In this document: in pieces, positions 1-9,384 of the stretch
Position numbering within the stretch: the stretch's first letter is position 1
How the letters are laid out: each line of letters begins with the position of its first letter
Assembly (NCBI GenBank): GCA_965203435.1
Contig: CBDBCU010000002.1
Coordinates: 458,526-522,525, forward strand
Direction: 5' to 3'
Source: Dehalococcoidia bacterium
GTDB lineage: Bacteria; Chloroflexota; Dehalococcoidia; Lucifugimonadales; UBA3495
DNA: 64,000 bases
Position numbers and translations under genes: made by a program
Notes under the pieces: model-generated
Databases searched by the model: none
Seen by the model: only the letters and a program-made list of their open reading frames with translations
Told to the model about the DNA's origin: nothing

Positions 1-2037
1 AATAAGTTCCCGCAGGCCGGGGGGGGAAAGGCTGTAAAGTTCTGCCCAGATCGGATCGCCTACCGGCCCGAAGTTGCCCAGCCGGCGCTGCATCAAAATC
101 AAATCGCCCTGGGCATAATCCGGCAGTTGCAGGACGGCGAGGCAGGTATCGCCCAGCCGTATCCGGTGATTGCCGAATGTGGCGTAGGAACCGGGGTTAT
201 ACACCTCCGGCGGCAAAGTTGCGATGTGGTGGGGGAAGAGCCGCACCCCCAGCCAGGCATCCCGGCTCTCCGGCGGGCAGTTTTCCTGAACAAAAACCAG
301 CCGCTTGTCGTTGCGATAGACAGCATAATCGGCGCGGATGATGGGTTCGCCGGCGATGGCTTGGCGGTAAATTTCCCGGTAGGCGGCGACGGCGGCCGGC
401 GTCATCTGCTCAGCATTCAGCGGCCGGGCGGTAATCAGGGTGTTGTTATAAAAGCGGCGGCGGTAGGCCGAATTAAAAGCCAAATCCGGCCGATGCGGTT
501 CCAACTGATAAATCAGTTCATAATCGGCATTGCGGCCGGAAGCCAACAGCAAGCGCCGCCCGGCCCGGGCCGGCAAAGTTTCCAACTGCCGCCGCTTGGC
601 CCGCACCGTCAAGGTCTCTCCGGGATGGCGCGCCAGCAGCCGTTGCAAGGCATCCCGCTGCGCCAACTCCCAATAATCCAAATCATACTGCGTCCGCAGC
701 TGCTCTGGGGTAGCGCGATCCACCAGAAAGTTGAAATAGATATACTGCAAGGGATGGAGCTGGATCAGCTGAAAAGCCAGCAATCCCAAGCCTAGCCCGG
801 CCAATCCGCAGATCCCGGCCGGCCAGAGCCGCCGGCCGGCCAGGGATGCCAGCAACCAGCCGCCGCCCAGGGCCGCCAGTAGGCAGAATGGCCCATAGAC
901 GAAGTAGAAATGCCGCCAGCCGCTGTAGATGATGGAACCCAGCAGGGCGGCGGCCAGCGGCGGCAGCAGGAAAGCGGCCAGCAGCAGCAGTTGCAAACGC
1001 AGCGGGCCGTTGCGAAAAGCCAAGCCGGGCCGGCGCAACGCCTTGACCGCCACCGCCGCCATTCCGGCCAAGCCCAGCAGCAAAACCAGCGGCGGCGTGG
1101 TAAGACTGAACCAGGTCGGCAAGTAATGCGGCGGCAGTTCGTTGGAAAAAAGCGCTGCGCCCTGAAACAACTGCCGTACTACATTGGGATGATGGACCGT
1201 CAAGTTGAGACTGGCCGCCAGATAGCCGATGGGGTCGATCCAGGCGTAGGGGGTTAGGGCGTAAAAAGTCAATCCGGCGGCCAGGGCGAACAGGCCGGCG
1301 GTCCGTAAAATGCCTTTCCGTTCCGGCCTCCCTCCGGCATAAAACCCGTCCAATCCCCGCATTGCCAACACCGCCGGAATCAGCATTATCCCGACAATGC
1401 GGAGGTTGGTCAGTACGCCCACCGCCGCGCCCAGCAGGATAAAAGCCCCCAGGGTATCCTTGCGGAAAGCCCGTTCCAGCAGGTAGAGGGCAAGGACAAA
1501 CATAGTGAGAAAGGCGGGGTCTTTGCTGTTCAGATAGGATTGGGCGTAGAGGCGGGGATGCAGCAGAAAGAGCAGCAGGGCGAAAAGGGCGATCAGCCGG
1601 CTGCCGAACAGCCGGTAAGCCAGCAAGTAGCAAAAGAAAGCGCCGATAATAAAGAGCAGGTGATTGAGGGTCAGCCGCAGGCGGTGGATTTGGTAGTAAT
1701 CGGCCGCCGGCCCCAATAGCCCCTCGGCCAACAGCAGCGGCAACTCCCAAGCCACGCCGTAATAGCGGTCGGAGGGTATCAGCTGGGGGGCACCACTATC
1801 GGGCGCGGCCAGGATGCCGTTGTAATCAGCCCGGCCGCGGATATAATCCCAATTGGCCCGGGCAATGGCCCGCTGAATCGGATCATCCTGATTGATGCCG
1901 TAATCCCCAGCCAGGGCAATGCCGGCCAGCAGAAACAGGCTACAGATTAGCCGGCCGCAATGATCGGCAAAAAAATTCCCGACCGCCCGGCGCCGGCCGG
2001 CAAATCGGTAGGGCAGCGGGCGCAGCGGCGGAAACAT
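1..2037 (-). CDS. GT-C fold (PMT_2/ArnT/GT39-like) polytopic membrane protein, paralog A; 3' end lies beyond the left window edge
   Basis: Absent from ORF track (no stop inside window). Manual translation from ATG 2037..2035 gives MFPPLRPLPYRFAGRRRAVGNFF...LAGDYGINQDD...WELPLLLAEG...HRLRLTLNHLLFIIGAFFC, colinear with the 2072..4438 product down to ...PPGLRELI at nt 1. 2037 nt = 679 whole codons. Confidence 0.8.
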   Translation of the reverse strand, partial: MFPPLRPLPYRFAGRRRAVGNFFADHCGRLICSLFLLAGIALAGDYGINQDDPIQRAIARANWDYIRGRADYNGILAAPDSGAPQLIPSDRYYGVAWELPLLLAEGLLGPAADYYQIHRLRLTLNHLLFIIGAFFCYLLAYRLFGSRLIALFALLLFLLHPRLYAQSYLNSKDPAFLTMFVLALYLLERAFRKDTLGAFILLGAAVGVLTNLRIVGIMLIPAVLAMRGLDGFYAGGRPERKGILRTAGLFALAAGLTFYALTPYAWIDPIGYLAASLNLTVHHPNVVRQLFQGAALFSNELPPHYLPTWFSLTTPPLVLLLGLAGMAAVAVKALRRPGLAFRNGPLRLQLLLLAAFLLPPLAAALLGSIIYSGWRHFYFVYGPFCLLAALGGGWLLASLAGRRLWPAGICGLAGLGLGLLAFQLIQLHPLQYIYFNFLVDRATPEQLRTQYDLDYWELAQRDALQRLLARHPGETLTVRAKRRQLETLPARAGRRLLLASGRNADYELIYQLEPHRPDLAFNSAYRRRFYNNTLITARPLNAEQMTPAAVAAYREIYRQAIAGEPIIRADYAVYRNDKRLVFVQENCPPESRDAWLGVRLFPHHIATLPPEVYNPGSYATFGNHRIRLGDTCLAVLQLPDYAQGDLILMQRRLGNFGPVGDPIWAELYSLSPPGLRELI

Positions 2038-2044
2038 AAGCCGG

Positions 2045-2053
2045 ATTATAGCA
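2045..2053 (-). promoter_or_regulatory. extended -10 box TGCTATAAT, exactly 7 nt upstream of the paralog A ATG (leaderless-type start)
   Basis: attatagca on + strand = TGCTATAAT on - strand. Same motif and N7 spacing recur at 4446, 34200 and 37079. Confidence 0.6.
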
Positions 2054-2071
2054 TAAGGGGGCGGCCCCGCC

Positions 2072-4438
2072 TTACCGCCCGGCCGACAAATTTACCGACC
2101 ACAATTCCCCTTGGCCGGGGATATACTGGCCGGTGCGGATGGTTTTGATGGGATAATCGGGCAGGGGGACGATTGCCACGCATTCCCCGCCGGGCCGGCC
2201 GCCGTAGGTATTCAGGGGAAAATCCCGGTTCTCAAAGTTGACGGATGGGGCGGCCGGCGGCAAATCCTCCGGCCGGGCCGGGTGGATATGCAGGAATACC
2301 GGGGTTTCGTATTCGTCTTGAGTGCAGGCGGCTTTGGCGTAAAGCAGGCGGTTACGGCCGGCCTCCCGGTCAAGGAAAACGGCGAAATCCTCCGACCCGG
2401 CCGGGGGTTGCCGTTGCCGCCGCCCCTGGGCAATCAGTTCCCGCAAGCCGGGTTGGGAAAGGCTGTGCAATTCCGCCCCTAGGGTTGTCCCGCCGGGTTC
2501 GTAATTGCCGCCGCTGCGCTGCATCAGGATCAGGTCGCCGTCCCCATCATCGGGCAGCTGAATGACCGCCAGGCAAAGGCCGTCCACCCTTACCCGCTGA
2601 TTGTGCCAGGGGGCATAAAAGCCGGGCTGCGGGAAATAGGGCGGCAAGGTTTCCGGCGTCGGCGGTAGCGGCTTAACCCCAAACCACACATCCGGCCCGT
2701 CCGCCGGGCAGTTTTCCTGAATAAAGGTCAGCCGCCGGCCGTCAATATAGACATCATAATCGGCGCGGATAATCGGCTCTCCGGCCGTGGTTTGGCGGTA
2801 TATTTCCCGGTAGGCGGCAATGGCGGCCGGCGTCATTCGGGCATCGTCCAACGGCCGCGCTACACTGAGGGTATTGTTATAAAGGCGGCGGCGGTAGCGG
2901 GAATTGAAAGCCAAATCCGGCTGATACGCCGCCGGCTGGCCGGCCAAAGTATAGTCGGCGCGGCGATGCACGGTGTCGGCGGTCAACTGCTGCCGGTCTG
3001 CCGCCGGCAGGATGTTTAGATGCCGCCGGCCGGTACGCACGGTCAGAGTTTCATTTGGATGGCTGTCCAACAGGTATTGCAATCCATCCCCCGCCGCCAG
3101 TTTCCAGTAATCCATCGCATACTGCGTCCGCAGCCGCTCCGGCGTCGTACGGTTCACCAGAAAGTTGAAATAGTCGGTCTGCAAGGGATGGATTTGCGCC
3201 ATTTGCAGCAGGGTCAACCCCAAGCCTACTCCGGCCAATCCATACAATCCGGCCGGCCCATAGCGCCGGCGGGATAAGGCGGTCAACAGCCAACCGCCGC
3301 CCAAGGCCGCCAGCAGGCAAAAGGGCGCATAGAGAAAATAAAGCTGCCGCCAGCCCTCATACTGATTGGATCCCAGCAGGGCGGCGGCCAGCGGCGGCAA
3401 TAGAAAGCAGGCCGCCAGCAGCACCAGGAAACGCCGCCGGGTGTTGCGGAAAACCGCTCCGGGCCGGCGCCAGGCCCTTACCGCTACCATTGCCAATCCG
3501 ACAAAGCCCAGCAGCAAAATCGGCGGCGGCGTGGTGATGGCAAACCAGACGGCGGCGTAATGCGGCGGCAATTCGTTGGACAATAGCAATTGTCCCTGAA
3601 ACAGCTGCGGCAAAACAACCGGATGATTTACCGTCAAACTCAGGCTGGTGATCAGGTAGTCAACGGGATTGGCCCAGGCGTAGGGGGTTACGGCATACAA
3701 AGTCAGTCCGGCGGTCAAGGCAAACACTCCGGCGGTTAGCAGGATGGGTTTCCGTTCCGGCCAACCGGCCGCCCCTAGCAAATCCAGTCCCCGCATTGCC
3801 AGGGCCGCCGCCAAAAGCCCTAGCCCCATAATCCGCAGGTTGGTCAATATCCCTACGGCTATTCCCAGCAGCACAAAAGCGCCGACGGTGTCTTTGCGGA
3901 AAGCCCGTTCCAGCAGATACAGGGCGATGATGAGCAGGGCGAGAAAGGGCAGGTCTTTGCTGTTGAGGTAGGAATGGGCGTAGAGGCGGGGGTGCAGCAG
4001 GAAAAGCAGCAGGGCCAGCAGGGCGATAAGCCGATGGTCGGTTAGCCGATAAGCCAGCCGCCAGCAAAAGAAAGCGCCAATGATAAAGAGCAGGTGGGTC
4101 AGGGTCAGCCGCAGGCGGTGGACATAGTAATAATCCTCCAAGCCCAGGATCCCCTCGGCCAGCAGCAGGGGCAGCTCAAAAACCACGCCATAAACCCGGT
4201 CGTGGTAAAGCTCGGTATCGATGCGGTCGGACTGCCCGAGGATGTAGTCCCGATTGGCTTGGGCAATCTGCCGCTGCGCCCGTTCATCGTAGTTAATGCC
4301 ATAATCCCCGGCCAGCACCAAGCCGGCCATTAGGAAAAGGGCGCAGATAATCAGGCCGCCGCGGTCCATAAGGAAGTTCCGCGCCGCCCGGCGGCCGCCG
4401 GAAACTTGCGGAACTATGCGGCGCAGCGGCGGGAACAT
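2072..4438 (-). CDS. GT-C fold (PMT_2/ArnT/GT39-like) polytopic membrane protein, paralog B, with two C-terminal two-Cys modules
   Basis: ORF track 2072..4555. Start moved to ATG 4438 (MFPPLRRIVPQ...) because all paralogs begin there right after a TGCTATAAT box. Many hydrophobic segments and a PMT_2-like pattern (YGVVFELPLLLAE...LAYRL...LHPRLYAHSYLNSKD). C-terminus ...CVAIVPLPDYPIKTIRTGQYIPGQGELW. Confidence 0.8.
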   Translation of the reverse strand: MFPPLRRIVPQVSGGRRAARNFLMDRGGLIICALFLMAGLVLAGDYGINYDERAQRQIAQANRDYILGQSDRIDTELYHDRVYGVVFELPLLLAEGILGLEDYYYVHRLRLTLTHLLFIIGAFFCWRLAYRLTDHRLIALLALLLFLLHPRLYAHSYLNSKDLPFLALLIIALYLLERAFRKDTVGAFVLLGIAVGILTNLRIMGLGLLAAALAMRGLDLLGAAGWPERKPILLTAGVFALTAGLTLYAVTPYAWANPVDYLITSLSLTVNHPVVLPQLFQGQLLLSNELPPHYAAVWFAITTPPPILLLGFVGLAMVAVRAWRRPGAVFRNTRRRFLVLLAACFLLPPLAAALLGSNQYEGWRQLYFLYAPFCLLAALGGGWLLTALSRRRYGPAGLYGLAGVGLGLTLLQMAQIHPLQTDYFNFLVNRTTPERLRTQYAMDYWKLAAGDGLQYLLDSHPNETLTVRTGRRHLNILPAADRQQLTADTVHRRADYTLAGQPAAYQPDLAFNSRYRRRLYNNTLSVARPLDDARMTPAAIAAYREIYRQTTAGEPIIRADYDVYIDGRRLTFIQENCPADGPDVWFGVKPLPPTPETLPPYFPQPGFYAPWHNQRVRVDGLCLAVIQLPDDGDGDLILMQRSGGNYEPGGTTLGAELHSLSQPGLRELIAQGRRQRQPPAGSEDFAVFLDREAGRNRLLYAKAACTQDEYETPVFLHIHPARPEDLPPAAPSVNFENRDFPLNTYGGRPGGECVAIVPLPDYPIKTIRTGQYIPGQGELWSVNLSAGR

Positions 4439-4445
4439 AGGGGGG

Positions 4446-4454
4446 ATTATAGCA
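4446..4454 (-). promoter_or_regulatory. extended -10 box TGCTATAAT, 7 nt upstream of the paralog B ATG
   Basis: attatagca on + strand. Spacer 4439..4445 is 7 nt, then ATG at 4438. Confidence 0.6.
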
Positions 4455-4553
4455 TATAGCGACCGCGTCTTTACCGTCGGGGCAGTGGCATCAGCCCGAT
4501 TTAAGGGGTATAATAGATTTAACCTGGCCCCGCCGGATAAGAAAGGAATTGCC

Positions 4554-5090
4554 ATGTCGGAACACGCGGCCCAACACTACGCCGGCATCAGTCGGCGGAT
4601 GATCCGCCAATCCCATTACGAACTGACGCGCCGGGGCGACCGGCTCCAAGCCTCGGAAAAGGCCGCCGGAGCCGTAGCCCACGCGGTCAAAGCCGTCGGC
4701 GAGGATCGGTTCTGGCGGCACGATTCTCACAATCGGCGGCGGGCCATTATTGACCTGGTGGCCGCCGAGTATGGGCAGTCGGAGCTGACGGCGTTGAACG
4801 CGATGGCCGACGAGTTGCACGAGAATTTTTACGAGGATCAGCTGGAGGACTGGCAGGTACAGGAACGCTTGACCCGGCTGACCCGCTGGCTGGAGTCGCT
4901 GGTAGCAACCCGCACCTTGCCCCCGAACCCGGATTTCGTCCCTTCGCCGGGGCAGCAGCGGGTTCTGGATCGCCTGCGGCTTACCCCTGAGGAAATTGAA
5001 GCTAACGAGGCCAAGGAGTTTCCGCCGCCGATGCCCCCTTTCGCGCCGGAGGACGAGGAATGGGAGGAGGAGGATGGGGAAATGGCGTAG
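4554..5090 (+). CDS. PaREP1-like (HEPN superfamily) protein
   Basis: ORF 4416..5090 trimmed to ATG 4554 (AAGGAA upstream). Motifs GDRLQASEKAAGAVAHAVKAV, WRHDSH and LHENFYED match my recollection of the PaREP1/PaREP8 family pattern. Pro/acidic C-terminal tail. Confidence 0.6.
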   Translation: MSEHAAQHYAGISRRMIRQSHYELTRRGDRLQASEKAAGAVAHAVKAVGEDRFWRHDSHNRRRAIIDLVAAEYGQSELTALNAMADELHENFYEDQLEDWQVQERLTRLTRWLESLVATRTLPPNPDFVPSPGQQRVLDRLRLTPEEIEANEAKEFPPPMPPFAPEDEEWEEEDGEMA

Positions 5091-5102
5091 CTGGGGGCCG
5101 GG

Positions 5103-5645
5103 TTAATCCGCATCCTCCGGGTCAAAATCCGGCGGCGGCGGGGGATATTCCGCCGCCCACCGGGCCGCAATTTCCGCCTCCGTCAAGCGCAACCGGCCGA
5201 TGCTCCGTTCCTGATCCGGAGTAGGCCGAAAATCGGGATTCGGCTCCCTCTCCAGCAGCTCGGTAAAAGTCGCCAGCAGGCCGGTCAGCAGCTCCAGCCG
5301 TACCGCTACTTCCCGAGCGCACATCCAGTCCTCGCAAATGTTCCTGCGTAGCTGGTCGGCGGCATCATGCATCGCATTCCACTCCGGCTGCCCGTACTCG
5401 TCCGCCAGCAGATGCACAATCCGCCGCCGGTAGTTATGGGAATCGCTCCGCCAGCAGCGGGCTTCCGCGGCCGCCTTGACCCCGTGGGCGACGGCCCCGG
5501 ACGCCTTGTCGCACGCCTGCACCCGGTCGCCGCGTTTTTCCAGTTCGTAGCGGGCCTGGCGAATCAGCCGCCGGCTGGTTTTGCGGTGATGTTCCACGCC
5601 CGGCAGGGCCGCGCCGCCGCCCTGGCCCTCAGGATTGTCCGTCAT
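5103..5645 (-). CDS. PaREP1-like (HEPN superfamily) protein, convergent paralog of 4554..5090
   Basis: ORF 5103..5702 trimmed to ATG 5645, preceded by GGAGGA. GDRVQACDKASGAVAHGVKAA, WRSDSH; same PNPDF...RLRLTEAEI...PPPPPDFDPED tail. Confidence 0.6.
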   Translation of the reverse strand: MTDNPEGQGGGAALPGVEHHRKTSRRLIRQARYELEKRGDRVQACDKASGAVAHGVKAAAEARCWRSDSHNYRRRIVHLLADEYGQPEWNAMHDAADQLRRNICEDWMCAREVAVRLELLTGLLATFTELLEREPNPDFRPTPDQERSIGRLRLTEAEIAARWAAEYPPPPPDFDPEDAD

Positions 5646-5712
5646 AACTTTTGATTCCTCCGGAGACAAGTTTTGCCCCATTGTAGCATATTCCAGGGAC
5701 ATTGCGGCCTAT

Positions 5713-5742
5713 TCATCCTTCAACAAGTTCAGGATGAGCGGA
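5713..5742. repeat. PAL-4 palindromic repeat (TCATCCTTCAACAAGTTCAGGATGAGCGGA)
   Basis: Same ~30-nt imperfect palindrome as at 9537, 10891, 27585, 28442, 40365 and 62919. Confidence 0.8.
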
Positions 5743-5911
5743 TGGGGCGGGATGGCATCTTTCAACAGACCCGGCAAACGCCGCCCTTGCCAACTATGGC
5801 ATAGGGCGGCGGCCGTGGGGTATAATTGTTGCCACATCCTTAATAAACCGGCCGCCGGGCGCAGTTCCGATTTGCGCCGCCGCGCCGCCATCCCGTCCCG
5901 GAGGAAAACCC

Positions 5912-7765
5912 ATGGCTTACCTGCCCATCGAGGATTACGGCATCATCGGCAATATGCACACCGTGGCTCTGGTGGGCATCAACGGCTCCATCGACTGGTT
6001 CTGCTGCCCGGACTTCGACTCGCCCAGCGTTTTCGCCGCCATTCTGGACGATGCCCAGGGCGGCCATTTCAAGATTGCCCCGGCCGGCGGCCAGGAGGAG
6101 ATTACCTACAAGCAGATGTATTGGCCGGAGACCAATGTGCTGGTAACGCGTTTCCTGTCTCCGGATGGCGTGGGCGAGGTCATCGACTTTATGCCGGTGG
6201 GGGAACGCGGCCGGCACGACCATAACGAACTAATCCGCCGGGTCAATGTGGTGCGCGGCGAGATGACCTTTCGGATGGAGTGCATTCCGGCCTTTAACTA
6301 CGCCCGCAGCGGCCATAAAATCACCCGGAACGAATCCGGGGCCCTGATGGTTTCCGACGAAGGGCTGAGCATTCAGCTGTCCACTTCCCTGCCGCTGGAA
6401 GCCCAGGACGGCGGGCTGGTCTGCGATTTTACCCTGCACCGGGGGCAGACCACGACCTTTGCCCTGGATGAAATCGGCAACAATGTGGGCGATCCCCATC
6501 CCTTTACCGAGGCGGAAAGCGAGCAGCTTTTCGAGGATACCGTGGCCTATTGGCGCAACTGGCTGTCCCGCTGCACTTACAAGGGGCGCTGGCGGGAAAT
6601 GGTGCAGCGCTCGGCCCTGGCCCTGAAACTGCTGACCTATGAACCGACCGGAGCCATCGTCGCCGCCCCCACCTGCAGCCTGCCGGAGGATTTGGGCGGG
6701 GTGCGGAACTGGGACTATCGCTATACCTGGATCCGGGACGCCGCCTTTACCCTCTATGCCCTGCTGCGGATTGGCTTTACCGAGGAGGCGGCCAAGTTTA
6801 TGCACTGGATCGAGGAACGGGCCAGCGAGCTGAACCCGGACGGCTCCCTGCAAATTATGTACGGCATTGACGGCCGCCATCAGTTGACCGAGGAAACCCT
6901 GTGGCATCTGGACGGCTACAAAGGCTCCAGCCCGGTGCGGATTGGCAACGGGGCCTATGACCAGTTGCAGCTGGACATTTACGGCGAGCTGCTGGATTCG
7001 GTCTATATCTACAACAAGCACGGCGCGCCCATTTCCTTTGACTTCTGGCAGCATCTGCGCCGCCTGACCGATTGGGTGGTGGAGCATTGGCAAGAGGAGG
7101 ATGAGGGCATTTGGGAAGTGCGCGGCGGGCGCAAGCATTTCGTCTATTCCAAGCTGATGTGCTGGGTGGCCGTGGATCGGGCGTTGCGGCTGGCCGAGGC
7201 CCGCTCTTTTCCGGCCGACCGGGCCAAGTGGGAAAAGACCCGGGACGAAATTTTTGAGGATATTATGGAAAAGGGCTGGAGCGAAAACCGCCAGGCTTTC
7301 GTCCAGTATTACGGCGGCGAGGCCCTGGACGCCTCGAACCTGATGATGCCCCTGGTCTTTTTTATGGCCCCTTCCGACCCGCGGATGCTGAAAACCCTGC
7401 AAGCCATCAACCAGTCCCCGGAACAGGGCGGGTTGGTGTCCAACAGCCTGGTCTATCGCTACCACCTGGAATCCTCTCCGGACGGGCTGATGGGCTACGA
7501 AGGCTCTTTCAACATCTGCACTTTCTGGCTGGTGGAGGCCATGAGCCGGGCCGGCCGCTACGATCCCCAAGCCCTGGATCAGGCCCGGCTGATTTTCGAA
7601 AAGATGCTCAGCTACGCCAATCATCTGGGCCTGTACGCCGAGGAAACCGGCCACAGCGGCGAGGGCCTGGGCAACTTCCCCCAAGCCTTTACCCATCTGG
7701 CCCTGATAAGCGCCGCCTGCAACCTGGATCGGGACATCGACAGTGCCGGCCTGGTGGACTGGTAA
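5912..7765 (+). CDS. glycoside hydrolase family 15 (glucoamylase/trehalase-like)
   Basis: 617-aa ORF. N-terminus [45 protein letters not shown] and ...[19 protein letters not shown]... are typical GH15. GGAGGA SD. Confidence 0.9.
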   Translation: MAYLPIEDYGIIGNMHTVALVGINGSIDWFCCPDFDSPSVFAAILDDAQGGHFKIAPAGGQEEITYKQMYWPETNVLVTRFLSPDGVGEVIDFMPVGERGRHDHNELIRRVNVVRGEMTFRMECIPAFNYARSGHKITRNESGALMVSDEGLSIQLSTSLPLEAQDGGLVCDFTLHRGQTTTFALDEIGNNVGDPHPFTEAESEQLFEDTVAYWRNWLSRCTYKGRWREMVQRSALALKLLTYEPTGAIVAAPTCSLPEDLGGVRNWDYRYTWIRDAAFTLYALLRIGFTEEAAKFMHWIEERASELNPDGSLQIMYGIDGRHQLTEETLWHLDGYKGSSPVRIGNGAYDQLQLDIYGELLDSVYIYNKHGAPISFDFWQHLRRLTDWVVEHWQEEDEGIWEVRGGRKHFVYSKLMCWVAVDRALRLAEARSFPADRAKWEKTRDEIFEDIMEKGWSENRQAFVQYYGGEALDASNLMMPLVFFMAPSDPRMLKTLQAINQSPEQGGLVSNSLVYRYHLESSPDGLMGYEGSFNICTFWLVEAMSRAGRYDPQALDQARLIFEKMLSYANHLGLYAEETGHSGEGLGNFPQAFTHLALISAACNLDRDIDSAGLVDW

Positions 7766-7802
7766 CAGGGGGGGATGGGCAAGGGGATATTCCCGCCCCC
7801 TA

Positions 7803-7899
7803 CCGTCATTCCCGCGTAAGCGGGAATCCCGACGGTACTGCCTTATGACGGTATTGTAGGCAGGCAACCGTGGGATTCCCGCTTACGCGGGAAGGACGG
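7803..7899. repeat. REP-1 composite element: two inverted GTCATTCCCGCGTAAGCGGGAATCC hairpins flanking a ~45-nt core
   Basis: ccgtcattcccgcgtaagcgggaatcc...cgacggtactgccttatgacgg...ggattcccgcttacgcgggaaggacgg. Confidence 0.85.
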
Positions 7900-7934
7900 T
7901 GGGGGCGGCCAGTACCGTCCTAAGCAGACCAAAG

Positions 7935-7969
7935 AATCCTGTCTATCCTGTTAATCCATGTTTGAATCC
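7935..7969. repeat. MITE-3 solo terminal repeat (AATCCTGTCTATCC...CCATGTTTGAATCC)
   Basis: Matches the right end of the full elements at 47004, 47274 and 60777. Confidence 0.7.
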
Positions 7970-8026
7970 GTTCCCCCGGGGCGAGGGAATGACGGCAAGC
8001 CGATTGTGTGGCACAATGGTACCCTT

Positions 8027-9307
8027 ATGTCTGCCGAAGTCCGCCCTGCTAAGGCCGCCGGTTTGCGCCGGTTTCTGCCCGCCGCCATGCGCTACGGGCA
8101 GTTCCGCTATTATTGGCTGGCCCTGCTGACCGGCGTCACCGGGCATCAGATGCTCTTTCAGTTCACCCTGGGCTGGCTGATGTTCGACTTGACCGGGGAG
8201 GAGGGCTATCTGGCCTATCTGGGCTTGGCCGTGGCGGCGCCGGCCCTGGCTCTGAACCTGCTGGGCGGGGTGATGGCCGACCGCCTGGAACCCCGGCGCT
8301 TGGTGGCGGCGGCGCAAAGCATTTCCGCCACCGTGATTAGCCTGCTGGCGGCGCTGGTGCTGCTGGGCCGGGTGGAGCCGTGGCACATCCTGCTGGCCGC
8401 CTTCAGCGCCGGCGTCTGCCAGGCTTTTGACCAGGCCAGCCGCGCCAGCATCTTTCCCCGATTGGTGCAGCGGGAGCATATCGCCAACGCCGCCGCTATG
8501 GAGTCCATCGTCTGGAACGGAGTGCGGGTCTTGGCTCCGGCTTTGGCCGGCCTGGTCATTGCCCGGCTCAGCATCGCCGCCTCTATGTTCCTCAGCGCCG
8601 CCTCTTTCTATGTGCTGGCGGCGGTGATTGCCCAGCTGAAACTGCGGGAACGGCCGCCGGCCACCGGGCGGGTGGTGCGGCAAATGGGCGAAAGCCTGCG
8701 CTATGTAGGCCGCCATCCCATCTTTCTCTATGTAATGCTGCTGACCTTTTGCAACAGCCTGTTCGGAATGGCCTACATCCTGCTGATGCCGGTATTGGCG
8801 GAAAAATCCCTGCTGGTGGCGGCCGACCGGGCCGGTTTCCTGCTGGGCGCGGCCGGCTTGGGGGCGATCGTCGGCAACTGGATTATCGGCAGCCTGCCCC
8901 GGGGCAGCCCTCGGGGACAGATAATCCTGGGCGGGGCGATGGCTTACGCCGTGGCTTTGCTGCTCTTTGCCCTGGCCGCGGGGCAGGCGCTGTATTGGCC
9001 GGCTATGGGCCTGCTGTTCATCGCCGGCGTAGCCTTTGCCCTGTATCTGGTGGGGGGATTAAGCACCTTGCAGGAATTGGTGCCGGATAACATTCGCGGC
9101 CGGGTGATGGGTTTGTACGGGGCCACTTGGAGCTTGGGGCCGCTGGGGTTGGCCCAATCCGGATTTATGGCCCAATACTTCGGCGCGCCGCTGGCGGTGG
9201 CGGCCGGGGCGGCGGTGATGCTGGCGGTAGCCCTGCTGATTTACCTGTTCCGCCCGGAGGTCCGCAACTTCCGCAGCGGGATGGAACTGGCGGCGCGGGC
9301 CGGTTAG
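8027..9307 (+). CDS. MFS transporter
   Basis: ORF 7958..9307 trimmed to ATG 8027. Multiple hydrophobic segments and an FRYYWLALL start typical of the MFS_3/EntS-like group. Confidence 0.8.
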   Translation: MSAEVRPAKAAGLRRFLPAAMRYGQFRYYWLALLTGVTGHQMLFQFTLGWLMFDLTGEEGYLAYLGLAVAAPALALNLLGGVMADRLEPRRLVAAAQSISATVISLLAALVLLGRVEPWHILLAAFSAGVCQAFDQASRASIFPRLVQREHIANAAAMESIVWNGVRVLAPALAGLVIARLSIAASMFLSAASFYVLAAVIAQLKLRERPPATGRVVRQMGESLRYVGRHPIFLYVMLLTFCNSLFGMAYILLMPVLAEKSLLVAADRAGFLLGAAGLGAIVGNWIIGSLPRGSPRGQIILGGAMAYAVALLLFALAAGQALYWPAMGLLFIAGVAFALYLVGGLSTLQELVPDNIRGRVMGLYGATWSLGPLGLAQSGFMAQYFGAPLAVAAGAAVMLAVALLIYLFRPEVRNFRSGMELAARAG

Positions 9308-9384
9308 GGCGTGTCCACGCTAATCCCGGGAATTATCCCTTGCGGCCGGGAGCTTGGCAGTATATTGGAAAGCCGTAGCCACCC

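Noticed and set aside
19-26. G8 tract inside paralog A as a second phase-variation switch
   Set aside because: It is short, lies deep in the 3' part of the gene, and the reading frame is intact across it (the translation continues to align with paralog B). Not compelling on its own.
683-1750. 355-aa ORF on the minus strand inside paralog A (and 3660..4067, 32925..33341, 35980..36387 inside B, C and D)
   Set aside because: These are out-of-frame readings of the GT-C genes. The same Pro/Ala/Arg-rich pseudo-protein recurs in each paralog, and the in-frame translation aligns along the full length with the other paralogs.
4439-4555. Longer N-termini offered by the ORF track for paralogs B (start 4555) and C (start 34225)
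   Set aside because: The extensions run across the conserved TGCTATAAT box and are not conserved between paralogs, whereas MFPPLR is.
6230-7867. 545-aa ORF antisense to the GH15 gene
   Set aside because: It is the mirror ORF of a confidently identified gene in a high-GC sequence. The translation is Gly/Ala/Pro/Arg-rich with no recognisable motifs.
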